Source: a virus
DNA: 64,000 nt
Direction: 5' to 3' (one strand)
Virus record (IMG/VR): IMGVR_UViG_3300029286_003693
Coordinates: 18,731-82,730 of that record
A program made the translations under genes and the position numbers. Under the pieces are notes generated by a model. The model made no database searches and had not been told where the DNA came from. It saw only the letters and a list, made by a program, of their open reading frames with translations. This document shows, one piece after another, positions 25,087-34,355 of the stretch (positions are counted from its first letter, which is position 1; each line of letters opens with the position of its first letter).

Positions 25087-26700
25087 CTATGTCGGGACGT
25101 TCGTGTGGGTTATCAACATTCCGTTAGCGGCGAATGGGAATGTCGTGAGATATCGGTAAACCCTGTCATACACACGGAACGTCGTGGTCGTGTCCGGGTT
25201 AGTGTACCAAGCATAGTCAATGGTGATCGTTGTTCCGTCGTTCCCGGAGATTCTTCTGACCTGGCCTATTCCGGTCCCTCCGACCAGGACCACGTATTTG
25301 TCCTTGAACTGATCCGTGATCCAACTTTTCGTATTGTCTGTTATGCTAAGATTCGTCGCGGCTGTTGCCAAGACATTGGCTATTACGATTGACCCGTCGT
25401 CATTCGCAACTGAGACATCATGGTGCGTAGGGCAGGAGTTGTAGAAAATGCCCTTGTCAATCCACCCGATAGCTGGCTGTCCATTCGAGAGGAAGTAGAA
25501 AGGTGTCATGACCTGCTTCCCGTAAAACGCATTGGTGCTTCTCATGTCGATGACGGCGAAGGCATTGCGTCCAGTACCGACAGTCAGTCCGGCATCTGCG
25601 AAATGTGAAGTGGGGAAAGGAGTTTGATAGCCATTATTCGTATAGCCATGACACGAGAAGAACGTAGACGCTGGGAGACCAATCGTAGCCCCGGAAGCAT
25701 AATTTCGAGGGAGGGTTTCAACGATAATATGCGTAGCGTCTGGAAGCGAAGCAACCTTCAACTTGTCGCATCCTTCTCCGGCAACACCCAGGATTTGGAA
25801 GAACCCACCAGTTGAAGGGACTTTCGAGGAGTCCGTCACAGGGATGCTTACGTTGTTACCCGCAACGATGGCATCAGTCGTCTGGATAAGATCCGGGAAA
25901 AATCTCTTTGGAAAGTGCCCCCAGGCCGCACAAAACATCTCGACAGTAGAGGCATTTACAGTCCGACAGTTTATGTAGATCATGTCTTTATCGCCAGCGA
26001 TATGGCATTCATACGTGGCGTTGAACTGGTTGAGATACCAAAAAGAAGAGGGGTCATATTGTTTTCTCGTCCCGGTGTGCGCCGTTGCATCCCAATACTG
26101 ATATGCGTCATAACGCAGGACGGTTGGCTCCACTCTTAGATGAACATACCCGTATGGTTCAAGTCCGGATTCCCCCCTCGATTTCCAGACAGTATTGGCC
26201 TCTGTCCCCCATACTTGGATTCCACTCCATGCAGACCAAGAGTTTGTGTCGTTATTGTTCGCGACATTTCCCGCACAACTCCCTGTTCCGGCTCTCCATT
26301 CGACTACAACAGTGGTGCTGGTGTAGGATGTGCATTCAAAAGTTGGGTGAGCAGCCGCACATTTGTACTTGACCCCATTGTTAGTGACGGGATCTGTACG
26401 ATTAATGGCCAATGCAAAATTTGCTAAAGAGGCGGCAAGATTGGCGCCAATCAGTACCTCCATGTCGGCTCCCGTAAGGGTCGCTTTCATTGTGTACACA
26501 ATGCCGTCTAATGTTATTGTCTCGTTTGTCGAGAATATATTTCCGCCTGTGAACGTGTATTTGCACCTTTGCGCCCCATACGAATCATGGAGCTCCCAGC
26601 CTTGGGCCGCAAGAAACGTCTTGAGATATTCGTAGAACTGGTGTGCGACACTTCCGTTTAATGACGGCGTCTTGAAGTGGTATGATTTCCAGACGGACAT
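25087..26700 (-). CDS. Putative tail fibre / receptor-binding protein
   Basis: 537 aa, Thr/Gly/aromatic-rich, lower GC than neighbours; C-terminal GGTGIGQVRRISGNDGTTITI motif typical of fibre-associated domains. Confidence 0.6.
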   Translation of the reverse strand: MSVWKSYHFKTPSLNGSVAHQFYEYLKTFLAAQGWELHDSYGAQRCKYTFTGGNIFSTNETITLDGIVYTMKATLTGADMEVLIGANLAASLANFALAINRTDPVTNNGVKYKCAAAHPTFECTSYTSTTVVVEWRAGTGSCAGNVANNNDTNSWSAWSGIQVWGTEANTVWKSRGESGLEPYGYVHLRVEPTVLRYDAYQYWDATAHTGTRKQYDPSSFWYLNQFNATYECHIAGDKDMIYINCRTVNASTVEMFCAAWGHFPKRFFPDLIQTTDAIVAGNNVSIPVTDSSKVPSTGGFFQILGVAGEGCDKLKVASLPDATHIIVETLPRNYASGATIGLPASTFFSCHGYTNNGYQTPFPTSHFADAGLTVGTGRNAFAVIDMRSTNAFYGKQVMTPFYFLSNGQPAIGWIDKGIFYNSCPTHHDVSVANDDGSIVIANVLATAATNLSITDNTKSWITDQFKDKYVVLVGGTGIGQVRRISGNDGTTITIDYAWYTNPDTTTTFRVYDRVYRYLTTFPFAANGMLITHTNVPT

Positions 26701-26713
26701 AATGATAACCTTC

Positions 26714-27913
26714 CTATTTTGTCGCCGCTATCGTCAGGGTGAGTTTCTGGCAACCCGCGCACGAATCGACATTGAAAGCGATAACGTCACCAGCCACGAC
26801 ACTCGTTGTCCACGTAGACAGAGTGGTGTCGCTATTCATCTCCGCCACAGAAAGAGACGGCTTTTCCGTTCCAGTAATGGAGTCGGCTACCGTGGGAACA
26901 GCGCCGGCCTTTTTCCAAACGTCCAGGACGACGGTTCCTTGCGGACTGCCGACAAGATGCCATCCGGTAATCGTGCAGGCGAAAGGCATGATCAGGTATT
27001 GCTTAACCCCGACGGTAATCACCTGTCCCGCTCCGTCTATCGAAACCCCGAAACTGCCGGCGACGCTGCCCGTATCGCCTTTGTCGCCCTTGTCCCCTTG
27101 TGGTCCGGGAACGGTTGAGTCCGCCCCAGCCGGACCGACTTCACCCTGCGGTCCGGGAACGGTCGAATCCGCACCCGGGGGGCCGGTATCGCCCTTGTCG
27201 CCCTTTGGCCCAGGGACGGTCGAGTCCGCGCCCGCGGGACCGACCAGACTCGTCGGAGATCCCCAGGCCCCTCCCGTCTTCGGGCCGTAGATATCGGAAT
27301 TGCTGGTGTCGATATAGAAGTCGCCATTGACGCCAAGTCCTGCGCCGGGAGCTCCGCTTCCGCTCAGGACGGTTTTCCCGTCAGTCCCCGTTAGGCCAAT
27401 CAGCGATACTCCTGCCCCCCAATCCGCGCCATTCTTGGGGCCGTAAATCCTGGTAACGGCTGTGTCCAAGTAGAAATCGCCAGTCAACCCGAGATCGCTG
27501 GCAGGGGCGCCGACCCCATTGAGAACGGTCTTTCCGTCTGCGCCGTCTTCGCCGGGGAGGCCCGGAGCACCGTCGAGGTAGTCAATCCCCTTGACCGGCG
27601 TGTATCCGTCGGTTCCGGGCGCCCCGCCGTTCCCGGTGAAACCGATATCGCCTTGGTCCCCCTTGTCGCCCTTGTCGCCTTTCGGCCCTGGGACGGTCGA
27701 GACAGCGCCCATCGCGCCTGTGTCGCCTTTATCGCCCTTATCACCCTTCAGGCCACGCTGGGCATACGGTAGAGCATTCCAGGCAGTTATGCCGTTGCCT
27801 ATCTTGAACAGATCGCTGTCAAGCTCAGCCCCGATTTCACCTTCCGCAAGGATAGGGTTCTCGGCTGTCCAGTCTGCGGCATTGTCCCGCCTAAATTGAA
27901 TAACGACTGCCAT
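26714..27913 (-). CDS. Collagen-like tail fibre protein with Mtd_N-like N-terminus
   Basis: N-terminal QFRRDNAADWTAENPILAEGEIGAELD...KIGNGITAWNALPY; extensive Gly-X-Y triplets (GDKGDKGD, GADSTVPGP x3). Confidence 0.85.
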   Translation of the reverse strand: MAVVIQFRRDNAADWTAENPILAEGEIGAELDSDLFKIGNGITAWNALPYAQRGLKGDKGDKGDTGAMGAVSTVPGPKGDKGDKGDQGDIGFTGNGGAPGTDGYTPVKGIDYLDGAPGLPGEDGADGKTVLNGVGAPASDLGLTGDFYLDTAVTRIYGPKNGADWGAGVSLIGLTGTDGKTVLSGSGAPGAGLGVNGDFYIDTSNSDIYGPKTGGAWGSPTSLVGPAGADSTVPGPKGDKGDTGPPGADSTVPGPQGEVGPAGADSTVPGPQGDKGDKGDTGSVAGSFGVSIDGAGQVITVGVKQYLIMPFACTITGWHLVGSPQGTVVLDVWKKAGAVPTVADSITGTEKPSLSVAEMNSDTTLSTWTTSVVAGDVIAFNVDSCAGCQKLTLTIAATK

Positions 27914-28109
27914 CGGCTGCTCCTCCGCCATCAAGGTGTATCAGGTCGCCGTAGTGCGTGTTCGCGTGGCCCCCATCATAGTTGATGATGCCTCGGTACT
28001 GACGACCCGCTCCTGCCCCGCCTGGGCTGGTGATGATCGTGACATCGTCCGCCTCGCAGACGGTAACGACGCTGTCATCTTCTTCGTGGATTATGAACGG
28101 GTTGTCCAT
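27891..28109 (-). CDS. Small hypothetical tail-module protein
   Basis: 72 aa with C-terminal DGG motifs. Confidence 0.55.
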   Translation of the reverse strand: MDNPFIIHEEDDSVVTVCEADDVTIITSPGGAGAGRQYRGIINYDGGHANTHYGDLIHLDGGGAADGSRYSI

Positions 28110-28110
28110 T

Positions 28111-28329
28111 TCACTCGATGTCCTCTGACCGCACTGTTATGTCTTCATCGCGGTCTGCCCGAGCTTTGTAACCCGGCAGATGAACAGCCTGCAGGTACTC
28201 GGCACGGTACGCATCAATTTTCTCCGTCACTGCCATCTCGCCCACCACCGCAATCGCGTTTGCAACCCACTCGTCCACGTTCACAACAACATGGGCAAGC
28301 ACAGCTCGGTCTTCTTCAGATAGTTCCAT
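28111..28329 (-). CDS. Small hypothetical protein (possible fibre chaperone)
   Basis: 72 aa, AGGAG RBS, follows a fibre-like gene. Confidence 0.6.
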   Translation of the reverse strand: MELSEEDRAVLAHVVVNVDEWVANAIAVVGEMAVTEKIDAYRAEYLQAVHLPGYKARADRDEDITVRSEDIE

Positions 28330-28338
28330 CCGTCACTC

Positions 28339-29124
28339 CTAATCCACCTTGCAGACAAGATGTCCCATGATCCTTGTGTAGATATTCACCGCCTCTCCAT
28401 ACACATCAACAACTTGAGTGCTGGGGGAAACCTTGCAAAGCCAGTACGCCGTATCTCCAGCGTCCATCGGCACGCTCAGCACGTTTTCATGCAGCGCATA
28501 CGTGCGCCAATGCTGTTGACTTGCAAGAACGGTATCTTGGATGTAATTTTTTTGGGTTGTCATGAGGTACAAATAAAACCCGACGTGCGTGGCCAAAATG
28601 CCGAGGAGCTGCACGGTGATTGCAAAGTCATAAAGCCCCTTCACAGGCGCCGTAAACAGCCCCGTAACCAGCGAGTAACAGCCCCCATTGTTGACCAGAA
28701 CCGAATTGGGCTCGACCTTCCAGGTTACAGACGCGCCCAGTTTATCGGTATATTGCCAGGTGCTATGGACATGGTACGCAGGCCACGGGGCGGGGACTTT
28801 GTTATCAAGGACGTGTTTTAGGCCAGCCGGAGTGAGTGCCCTGACCGCATCGATTCCAAGCAAAGCCTCACTGAGCGTCGCGATCTCGATTTTTCCTTTG
28901 ACTGTTTCGGAAGCATCGGGGACGGTGCCCCCACTCCATGCGGAAGAGTGCGCTGCGATCTTGCTTGAAGCCGCCGCGGCCTTTAGCGCTGCAGCAGACG
29001 CGGCATCACTCGCTCCGGAAGCATACCCGATGGCCCTTGACGCAGCATCAGACGCACTTGAAGCAAGGTCGCTTGCCGCCGCGGCCTCGTTCGGGTCAAA
29101 GCTCGTGCTGAGATAGCCGGGCAT
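28339..29124 (-). CDS. Tail fibre-like protein: Ala/Ser-rich stalk, fibre repeat, C1q-like head
   Basis: ASETVKGKIEIAT...ALTPAGL fibre motif; NNGGCYSLVTGLFTAPVKGLYDF C1q-like motif. Confidence 0.75.
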   Translation of the reverse strand: MPGYLSTSFDPNEAAAASDLASSASDAASRAIGYASGASDAASAAALKAAAASSKIAAHSSAWSGGTVPDASETVKGKIEIATLSEALLGIDAVRALTPAGLKHVLDNKVPAPWPAYHVHSTWQYTDKLGASVTWKVEPNSVLVNNGGCYSLVTGLFTAPVKGLYDFAITVQLLGILATHVGFYLYLMTTQKNYIQDTVLASQQHWRTYALHENVLSVPMDAGDTAYWLCKVSPSTQVVDVYGEAVNIYTRIMGHLVCKVD

Positions 29125-29125
29125 C

Positions 29126-29287
29126 TTACTCTTCCTTGCTTTCCACCTTCAGGACCTTAAAGTCCGGGTCTTTTTTTATCGCCTCTTTGATCGTGGATCT
29201 GACTGCCCTCACCTTCCTGCGCCAGTCTCCACCGTCTCCGAAGGACACGGCAGTGGTGACTACAAACGTGATCGGTTTCGTATCCAT
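29126..29287 (-). CDS. Small hypothetical protein
   Basis: 53 aa from MDTKP with AGGAG RBS. Confidence 0.55.
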   Translation of the reverse strand: MDTKPITFVVTTAVSFGDGGDWRRKVRAVRSTIKEAIKKDPDFKVLKVESKEE

Positions 29288-29297
29288 GTTCGCGCTC

Positions 29298-30332
29298 CTA
29301 CTTCTTGGCAAGTAGCTCATTATAAAGCTCAATATACGTTTCAACATGCTTCCCCCTATCGAAGTTCTCCCTGGCATACTGCATGGTTTCTTCCCTCAGC
29401 GTACTCCCAGGGGCCTTCAGGTCATTCCAGCATCTCTCGATCTGTTCTGCGATGGAATGAAGGTCAAACGGCTTTGCATGGTACTTCGTGTATTCCCCGT
29501 TGTAGCTGACGACAGGGACGCCGAAGGCCATCATCTCCATCGTCACCCGGCTGGCAATGCCGGAATAGTTGTTGTTGAACCCGATGTCGGCCCCCGCCTG
29601 GAACGGCTTCAGGTTGTTGTTTGCCAGTTGGATGTTCTCGCAGGCTGTTTCCAGGGCTCTTTTGTGGCTCCGGACGAAGACGTTTCTCCACATCCCGATC
29701 GGCTCAAGCAGCAGGGAAAATACGTTCAGTCTTGCCTCCGGGATCTTCTCCATCACGTATGGCATTGCCCAGATGATATGAAGGGGTAGCTTTTCCACCC
29801 TCGGAGTATCGCAGGAGAGAATCGCCGGATGGTCCTCATACTGCCACGGCGCCGTCCCTTCCAGGTCTTCCAGATCAATGCTGTTCGGGATATACCGGCA
29901 GCGCCCCACTTTCTCGTCGTACAGCTTCATGACGTCGTACTCGTGGGTGTTGATGCAGACCGTGGCGTCCATCTTCCAGAGAAGGTTCACATGCAGGTTG
30001 AACGAGTCGCTCACCTTCTCCCATTCTTTGAACACCATATGCTCAGTCGGCCCGTGCAGAACTGCCACCGTGACCTTCTTCACCTGCTCCTTCTTCATTT
30101 CCGCATCATCGGGAAAGGCGGAATGCAGGACCCAAACGTCGGCTTTTTTCGCCTCTTCCCAGGTGATCGGGCGGAAACCCTTGTCGTTCCTCTCTGCCGT
30201 TGGGATGGCTTCGTAGGAAATGGCAAGCTCCGATCGAATGCCGGCGCGGGTCTCATATTTGCACTGATTCTTACAGGATTCGTACATCCCGCTGATCCGT
30301 GGACCCCAGTTGCTCCAGTGAACTACGAACAT
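29298..30332 (-). CDS. Glycosyltransferase (GT-B fold, family 4-like)
   Basis: Probable start MFVVHW; motifs YIPNSID, PRVEK, TMEMMAFGVPVVS. Confidence 0.85.
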   Translation of the reverse strand: MFVVHWSNWGPRISGMYESCKNQCKYETRAGIRSELAISYEAIPTAERNDKGFRPITWEEAKKADVWVLHSAFPDDAEMKKEQVKKVTVAVLHGPTEHMVFKEWEKVSDSFNLHVNLLWKMDATVCINTHEYDVMKLYDEKVGRCRYIPNSIDLEDLEGTAPWQYEDHPAILSCDTPRVEKLPLHIIWAMPYVMEKIPEARLNVFSLLLEPIGMWRNVFVRSHKRALETACENIQLANNNLKPFQAGADIGFNNNYSGIASRVTMEMMAFGVPVVSYNGEYTKYHAKPFDLHSIAEQIERCWNDLKAPGSTLREETMQYARENFDRGKHVETYIELYNELLAKK

Positions 30333-30394
30333 TTTGCCATCCCTTTTTGGGTGGAGAAGGGAGCCTTCGCCCCCCTCTCCGGGTGATGATACTG

Positions 30395-30850
30395 CTACGC
30401 CTGAGCGACCGAGCTGTACCGCAGTTTGATGAGCCCTGCCGACGTGTAAACGATGTTCTTGACAGCCCTCGAATTGACACCGGGATCTGTGAAGACCGCG
30501 CTCGACAGACGGCCCTTTGCCGCCAGTCCTGCCGACGCTCCGGCAGCCAACGCCGCTGCCGCACTCTGAGCATCGCTTGCCGCAGACTGCGCAATAACGA
30601 CCTGAGAAGCCGCCGCATTGGCCACGGAATGCGCGTGAACCGCAGCAGCCGAAGCCACTGCCGCTTTGGACGCGCCAACACCCCACGACGAGGAATGTGC
30701 CGCTATCGCGCTCACGGCACTCGCCGCTGCAGCCATCGCTGCCGACGCGTTGCTATGGGCATCACTTGCCGCTGCAAGAGCTGCCGTCGCAGCGCTGTGG
30801 GCATCGCTGATCTGCGCGGGATCGAAACTCACACTTAGAAATCCAGCCAT
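30395..30850 (-). CDS. Ala/Ser-rich virion protein sharing its N-terminus with 28339-29124
   Basis: 151 aa; MAGFLSVSFDP...IAAHSSSW; GAGGAGG RBS. Confidence 0.75.
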   Translation of the reverse strand: MAGFLSVSFDPAQISDAHSAATAALAAASDAHSNASAAMAAAASAVSAIAAHSSSWGVGASKAAVASAAAVHAHSVANAAASQVVIAQSAASDAQSAAAALAAGASAGLAAKGRLSSAVFTDPGVNSRAVKNIVYTSAGLIKLRYSSVAQA

Positions 30851-30888
30851 TTTCTTGTCCTCCTCTCTTAGAGTCGGGCACCTACGGT

Positions 30889-31440
30889 CTATTCGTCATT
30901 CCGGCAGACGGCCACCATAGGGTTTTCGTAGCCTGAAACCAGCGGTTCCAGTGTATATGTTCGCAGGCTGACACTTACGAAAGCCGTCTTGAGTATCCCC
31001 TCGAATTCTTTCGGGGCGTACTCTCGGACGTGGGTATCCGCCTTCCGATACCTGCTCAGCCGGTTAGGTGTAGAAAGGATCAGAGAACCGTTCTTGGCCA
31101 TCATCCTCTTGACGTTCAAAAGGGCCTGCTTGTCGTGTTTGATATGCTCAATGATGTCGATCATGACGATGAAATCGTATGGGCCTTCGTCGATCCCCTT
31201 TGAGATATCCCCGTATTTGAAGCGAAGTTTCGGAATGGGGAAAACCTTCTGTGCGAACCTTATGCCGCACTCGTCTAATTCATATCCAGTCACGGCCTGC
31301 GCGTTCGTGGTCAACAGGTGCGCCCCGAACCCTGTCCCAAAGCCCACGTCGGCGACATTGCCCCGAACAACCTTGGCTACCTGCTCATAAAGGTCAAATT
31401 GAGGGCTCAACACATATCGAAGTCGGTTCCAGAGTTCCAT
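30889..31440 (-). CDS. Class I SAM-dependent methyltransferase
   Basis: VADVGFGTGFG motif I; YDFIVMIDIIEH; ILSTPN. Confidence 0.9.
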   Translation of the reverse strand: MELWNRLRYVLSPQFDLYEQVAKVVRGNVADVGFGTGFGAHLLTTNAQAVTGYELDECGIRFAQKVFPIPKLRFKYGDISKGIDEGPYDFIVMIDIIEHIKHDKQALLNVKRMMAKNGSLILSTPNRLSRYRKADTHVREYAPKEFEGILKTAFVSVSLRTYTLEPLVSGYENPMVAVCRNDE

Positions 31441-31449
31441 GTCGTCTCC

Positions 31450-31743
31450 TTATGGCACTGGGGTTGAATCATATGTTATTACTACTTTTTTATCGGACCC
31501 CATCCGGATGTTCGTTATCTTGTACCCACCGGGCGGGGATACGCTCCTTATCGCGCCAGGGGTGCCAGGGTCCCGAATAACGACCGGCACGGGCGCCCCT
31601 TTGACAACGGTAGGAACTGGAGTGGTTGTCGCAACCGCTGCTCCCGTTACCGAAGCCGAGGCGTTTGTAACAACGGTCGGCACCGGCGCTCCCCTTACAA
31701 CGGTTGGAACCTGGATGGTCGTGACGATCGTTGTTCTCATCAA
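31450..31743 (-). CDS. Thr/Val/Pro-rich small protein
   Basis: 97 aa with VPTVV x3 and GAPVP x2; start overlaps the upstream stop. Confidence 0.65.
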   Translation of the reverse strand: MMRTTIVTTIQVPTVVRGAPVPTVVTNASASVTGAAVATTTPVPTVVKGAPVPVVIRDPGTPGAIRSVSPPGGYKITNIRMGSDKKVVITYDSTPVP

Positions 31744-32126
31744 TCGGCCCTCGTGACTGCGGGGTTGAACGTAAATTTTCCTCTTTGCTGCATGCCCGTA
31801 TCGTTGTCGATCCCGTGGTCAAAGAATAGATCGTAGACGAGGGATCGCTTTTCGTGGTCCGGGCATATTCCCAAAGTCTGCGCGGGGGTGAGAAATATGG
31901 CGTACTTTCCATCGGTCGGTGGAGACAGAATGATGATCCCGCCGTTTTCGGTCGTGAGATCGAAGACAGGATCATCGTCCGCAACATCCGCCCTCACCTG
32001 CATCCTGGCAGTTACGTCAGTCAGATCCACGGGTTCAGCCGGGTCTCCCGTTTCCCAGGTGAATTCCTGATAGAAGGTCGCGCCTTCCCACCCCTCCAGG
32101 TTGATTACGGCATGTGAGCTGAACAT
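31740..32126 (-). CDS. Phage tail-associated adaptor-like protein
   Basis: GATF...PVDLTDVTARMQVR...LVYDL...GKFTFNPAVT pattern common in phage tail modules. Confidence 0.7.
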   Translation of the reverse strand: MFSSHAVINLEGWEGATFYQEFTWETGDPAEPVDLTDVTARMQVRADVADDDPVFDLTTENGGIIILSPPTDGKYAIFLTPAQTLGICPDHEKRSLVYDLFFDHGIDNDTGMQQRGKFTFNPAVTRAD

Positions 32127-32135
32127 ATTCGGTCC

Positions 32136-32303
32136 CTAATCTTTAGGCTTCATCGGGGTCCGGTCAGGTGTCCACCCGTGATCAATCGCATTCAGGAGTC
32201 GCCTCTGGGCCTCAGCCTTTTCTTTCGTGGTGCCTTTGGCATGAACGGCATTCGGAGTCTTGACCTGATACTTTTTGCCCCTTTTTATAACTGTTACTGG
32301 CAT
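32136..32303 (-). CDS. Small basic phage protein (55 aa, below ORF-track cutoff)
   Basis: MPVTVIKRGKKYQVKTPNAVHAKGTTKEKAEAQRRLLNAIDHGW...; AAGGAG RBS. Confidence 0.65.
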   Translation of the reverse strand: MPVTVIKRGKKYQVKTPNAVHAKGTTKEKAEAQRRLLNAIDHGWTPDRTPMKPKD

Positions 32304-32370
32304 GACAAACTCCTTGGTGCTCCCCTACCCCGAGATCATTCCCTCGGGGCAGGGGTCAGGTGGCGAGCGC

Positions 32371-32967
32371 TTAGCTCGTGGTACAGGTGATCTGGTACGT
32401 TACATAGATTTCATCATCGGCGATGACGGCACGGGGGGTCCCGAACCGTTTGGCGCACATCAGGGTGCCCGCCGCGCTGGTCTTCGCCGCCGTGTCAACG
32501 AGGAAGGCCCCGTAGACGGTAATCGACGCATTCATGACGAAGTGCGCCTTGGCGTTGACGTTCGTGATGACCGCGGTGGTCGTATCTTCCGTGGTGTACG
32601 CGGGCCGGTTGGTCAGCGGGTTGTCATAGTCCGCATCCTGGCACTCGCCGTAGGCATTGCCGGAGCCCAGCTTCGCTCCCGTGTCGGCCAGGGCCGGGGT
32701 AATGTTGTTTTTGAAGATACCGACGTACCAGATGTGCGACGCGGCCTTGGAGATGTCATGGAACATGATGTTCAGGAGCTTGGCCATACCCTCCGTCGTG
32801 AAGGTATTTGTCCCGGTTTCCGTAAAGAGCAGGACGCCATTGCGCCAGTGCTCAAACGTCACCTTGCCTTCGAAGATGATGTCATCCCATGCCCCTTTTT
32901 TCAGTCTCAAAAAGAGTGCCGTGACCATCAACCAGACCATCGCGATAAAACCCTTAATTCTGTCCAT
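32371..32967 (-). CDS. Putative virion structural protein
   Basis: 198 aa; NTFTTEG...ITVYGAFL...YVTYQIT pattern seen in phage tail proteins; AAGGAGG RBS. Confidence 0.7.
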   Translation of the reverse strand: MDRIKGFIAMVWLMVTALFLRLKKGAWDDIIFEGKVTFEHWRNGVLLFTETGTNTFTTEGMAKLLNIMFHDISKAASHIWYVGIFKNNITPALADTGAKLGSGNAYGECQDADYDNPLTNRPAYTTEDTTTAVITNVNAKAHFVMNASITVYGAFLVDTAAKTSAAGTLMCAKRFGTPRAVIADDEIYVTYQITCTTS

Positions 32968-32995
32968 TGTGTGTTCCTCCTTGTTGTGTGGTTGT

Positions 32996-33101
32996 TCGGG
33001 GCAAAGAAAAAGGGCGACAACGCTGATGTGCTGGCACCAGCATGCCGCCCTTGTTTCTCTCTTGCGTTCCCGTCCGGGTGGCCACCCTTCAGGGAAACCC
33101 C
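32996..33101 (-). ncRNA. Structured cis-RNA element, copy 1 (hairpin, CGCAAG, long terminator-like stem)
   Basis: Intergenic; structure shared with 38335-38436 with compensatory changes. Confidence 0.65.
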
Positions 33102-33113
33102 AACTACTAATGA

Positions 33114-34355
33114 TTAAAGAACTTTCCCGTTTCTTACGACCTCACAAGTCGCAGAGTCACCAAAGCCGACCCCACTCCCGCGAGGGCGTTCCTGCTTGAA
33201 GCTGGTCAAAAACTGCTCCCGCCCGTTCACAGTCCGGGACACCGCTGCCCCTTCCTGGCCGGCTGGGAACTGGACCCGGTCCTTTGTGAACTTGGCGAGC
33301 ACACCGCTATGCCCGCCCGCCATCAGGCCGTCTTTTGATACCCAAACCGGGACGTTGTTGCCCATATCCGGCACGTTGTTGCAGTAGGCGAGGATATTTT
33401 GCGCCACCCCTGCCCCGACATGGACCTCCCGCATCGCGCTCGGTTCTGTTCCGGGAAGGAAAATAGTCCGGTCATCGAACCCGACGAAGATTCCACCGTC
33501 CACAAACGCAACTAGAAGGATGTCATTGGGGAACGAGAACATGTTCGTCGATTTATAGAGGTCGTAACGATAGGGTTCACTGTAACGTAGGGTGCTGTCC
33601 ACCGCTCCCCAGAGGCGACCGAACGCCCGTCGGATGAACTTCATGGGGTTTGGCGGGCCGCAAAGAAAGGTCGGAAGGGGCTCCATGGTCTCGATCCCCG
33701 TGATCAAAGCCTGCTCTTCCGCAGCTCTGTAAAAGGTGCTTCCGTCCGGGTCTGTCGCCCATGCGATGACGCCGGATGGTTTGTTGAGAAGTGAAATCGT
33801 AGAGTTGTCGGCCATGATGTCAATCTCGGCAATCATCCCGTTGCCGCCAACCTGCCCCCCGACGACGTTTGTGTAGCAGACCTGGTAGCGTCCGGCGGTC
33901 AGCGCCCCGGTGCCATTCACCGCTGCGAGAACCGGCTGCTCCGAAATCGGTATCCCCCAGGTGCTCACCATGTTTTGTGCTGGATCGAGGATTCCCATCC
34001 AGTGGCGGCTTGAGATATAGATATTGTCGTCCACCGCGGCATAGAAGAGTTTCTCCTCGAAGGGGCCGGACAGGGCGCAAAGGTTGACCTTTGACCCATC
34101 AGGATAGAATCGGTAGAGTCTGCCTTCCGCCGCAGCCAGCAAGACATGCCTGGTGCCCCAGGCGCTATGTGCGTTTGGCAAACTGGCCAGAAGTCGATAT
34201 CCGCCCCGCTTCTTCAGCCGCTCCTCTGCCGTGACATCGGCGTTCAGAATGACCTTCGGGATCGCTGTCATCGTCCCATCGTCATGGCCCGAAAATCCGC
34301 CCTCTTCGAGTACGTTATTCATGCCTTTGAATCCCCTGATCGTTAAAGGTTTCAT
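33114..34355 (-). CDS. Putative tail tubular/nozzle (DNA stabilization) protein
   Basis: 413 aa, beta-rich; FKGMNN start motif; position after the adaptor gene in a podovirus layout. Confidence 0.65.
   Translation of the reverse strand: MKPLTIRGFKGMNNVLEEGGFSGHDDGTMTAIPKVILNADVTAEERLKKRGGYRLLASLPNAHSAWGTRHVLLAAAEGRLYRFYPDGSKVNLCALSGPFEEKLFYAAVDDNIYISSRHWMGILDPAQNMVSTWGIPISEQPVLAAVNGTGALTAGRYQVCYTNVVGGQVGGNGMIAEIDIMADNSTISLLNKPSGVIAWATDPDGSTFYRAAEEQALITGIETMEPLPTFLCGPPNPMKFIRRAFGRLWGAVDSTLRYSEPYRYDLYKSTNMFSFPNDILLVAFVDGGIFVGFDDRTIFLPGTEPSAMREVHVGAGVAQNILAYCNNVPDMGNNVPVWVSKDGLMAGGHSGVLAKFTKDRVQFPAGQEGAAVSRTVNGREQFLTSFKQERPRGSGVGFGDSATCEVVRNGKVL

Noticed and set aside
27050-27760. Short tandem DNA repeats such as CCCTTGTCG
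   Set aside because: Explained by collagen Gly-X-Y coding
26714-27913. Diversity-generating retroelement suggested by the Mtd_N-like N-terminus
   Set aside because: No reverse transcriptase and no template/variable repeat pair seen in the window
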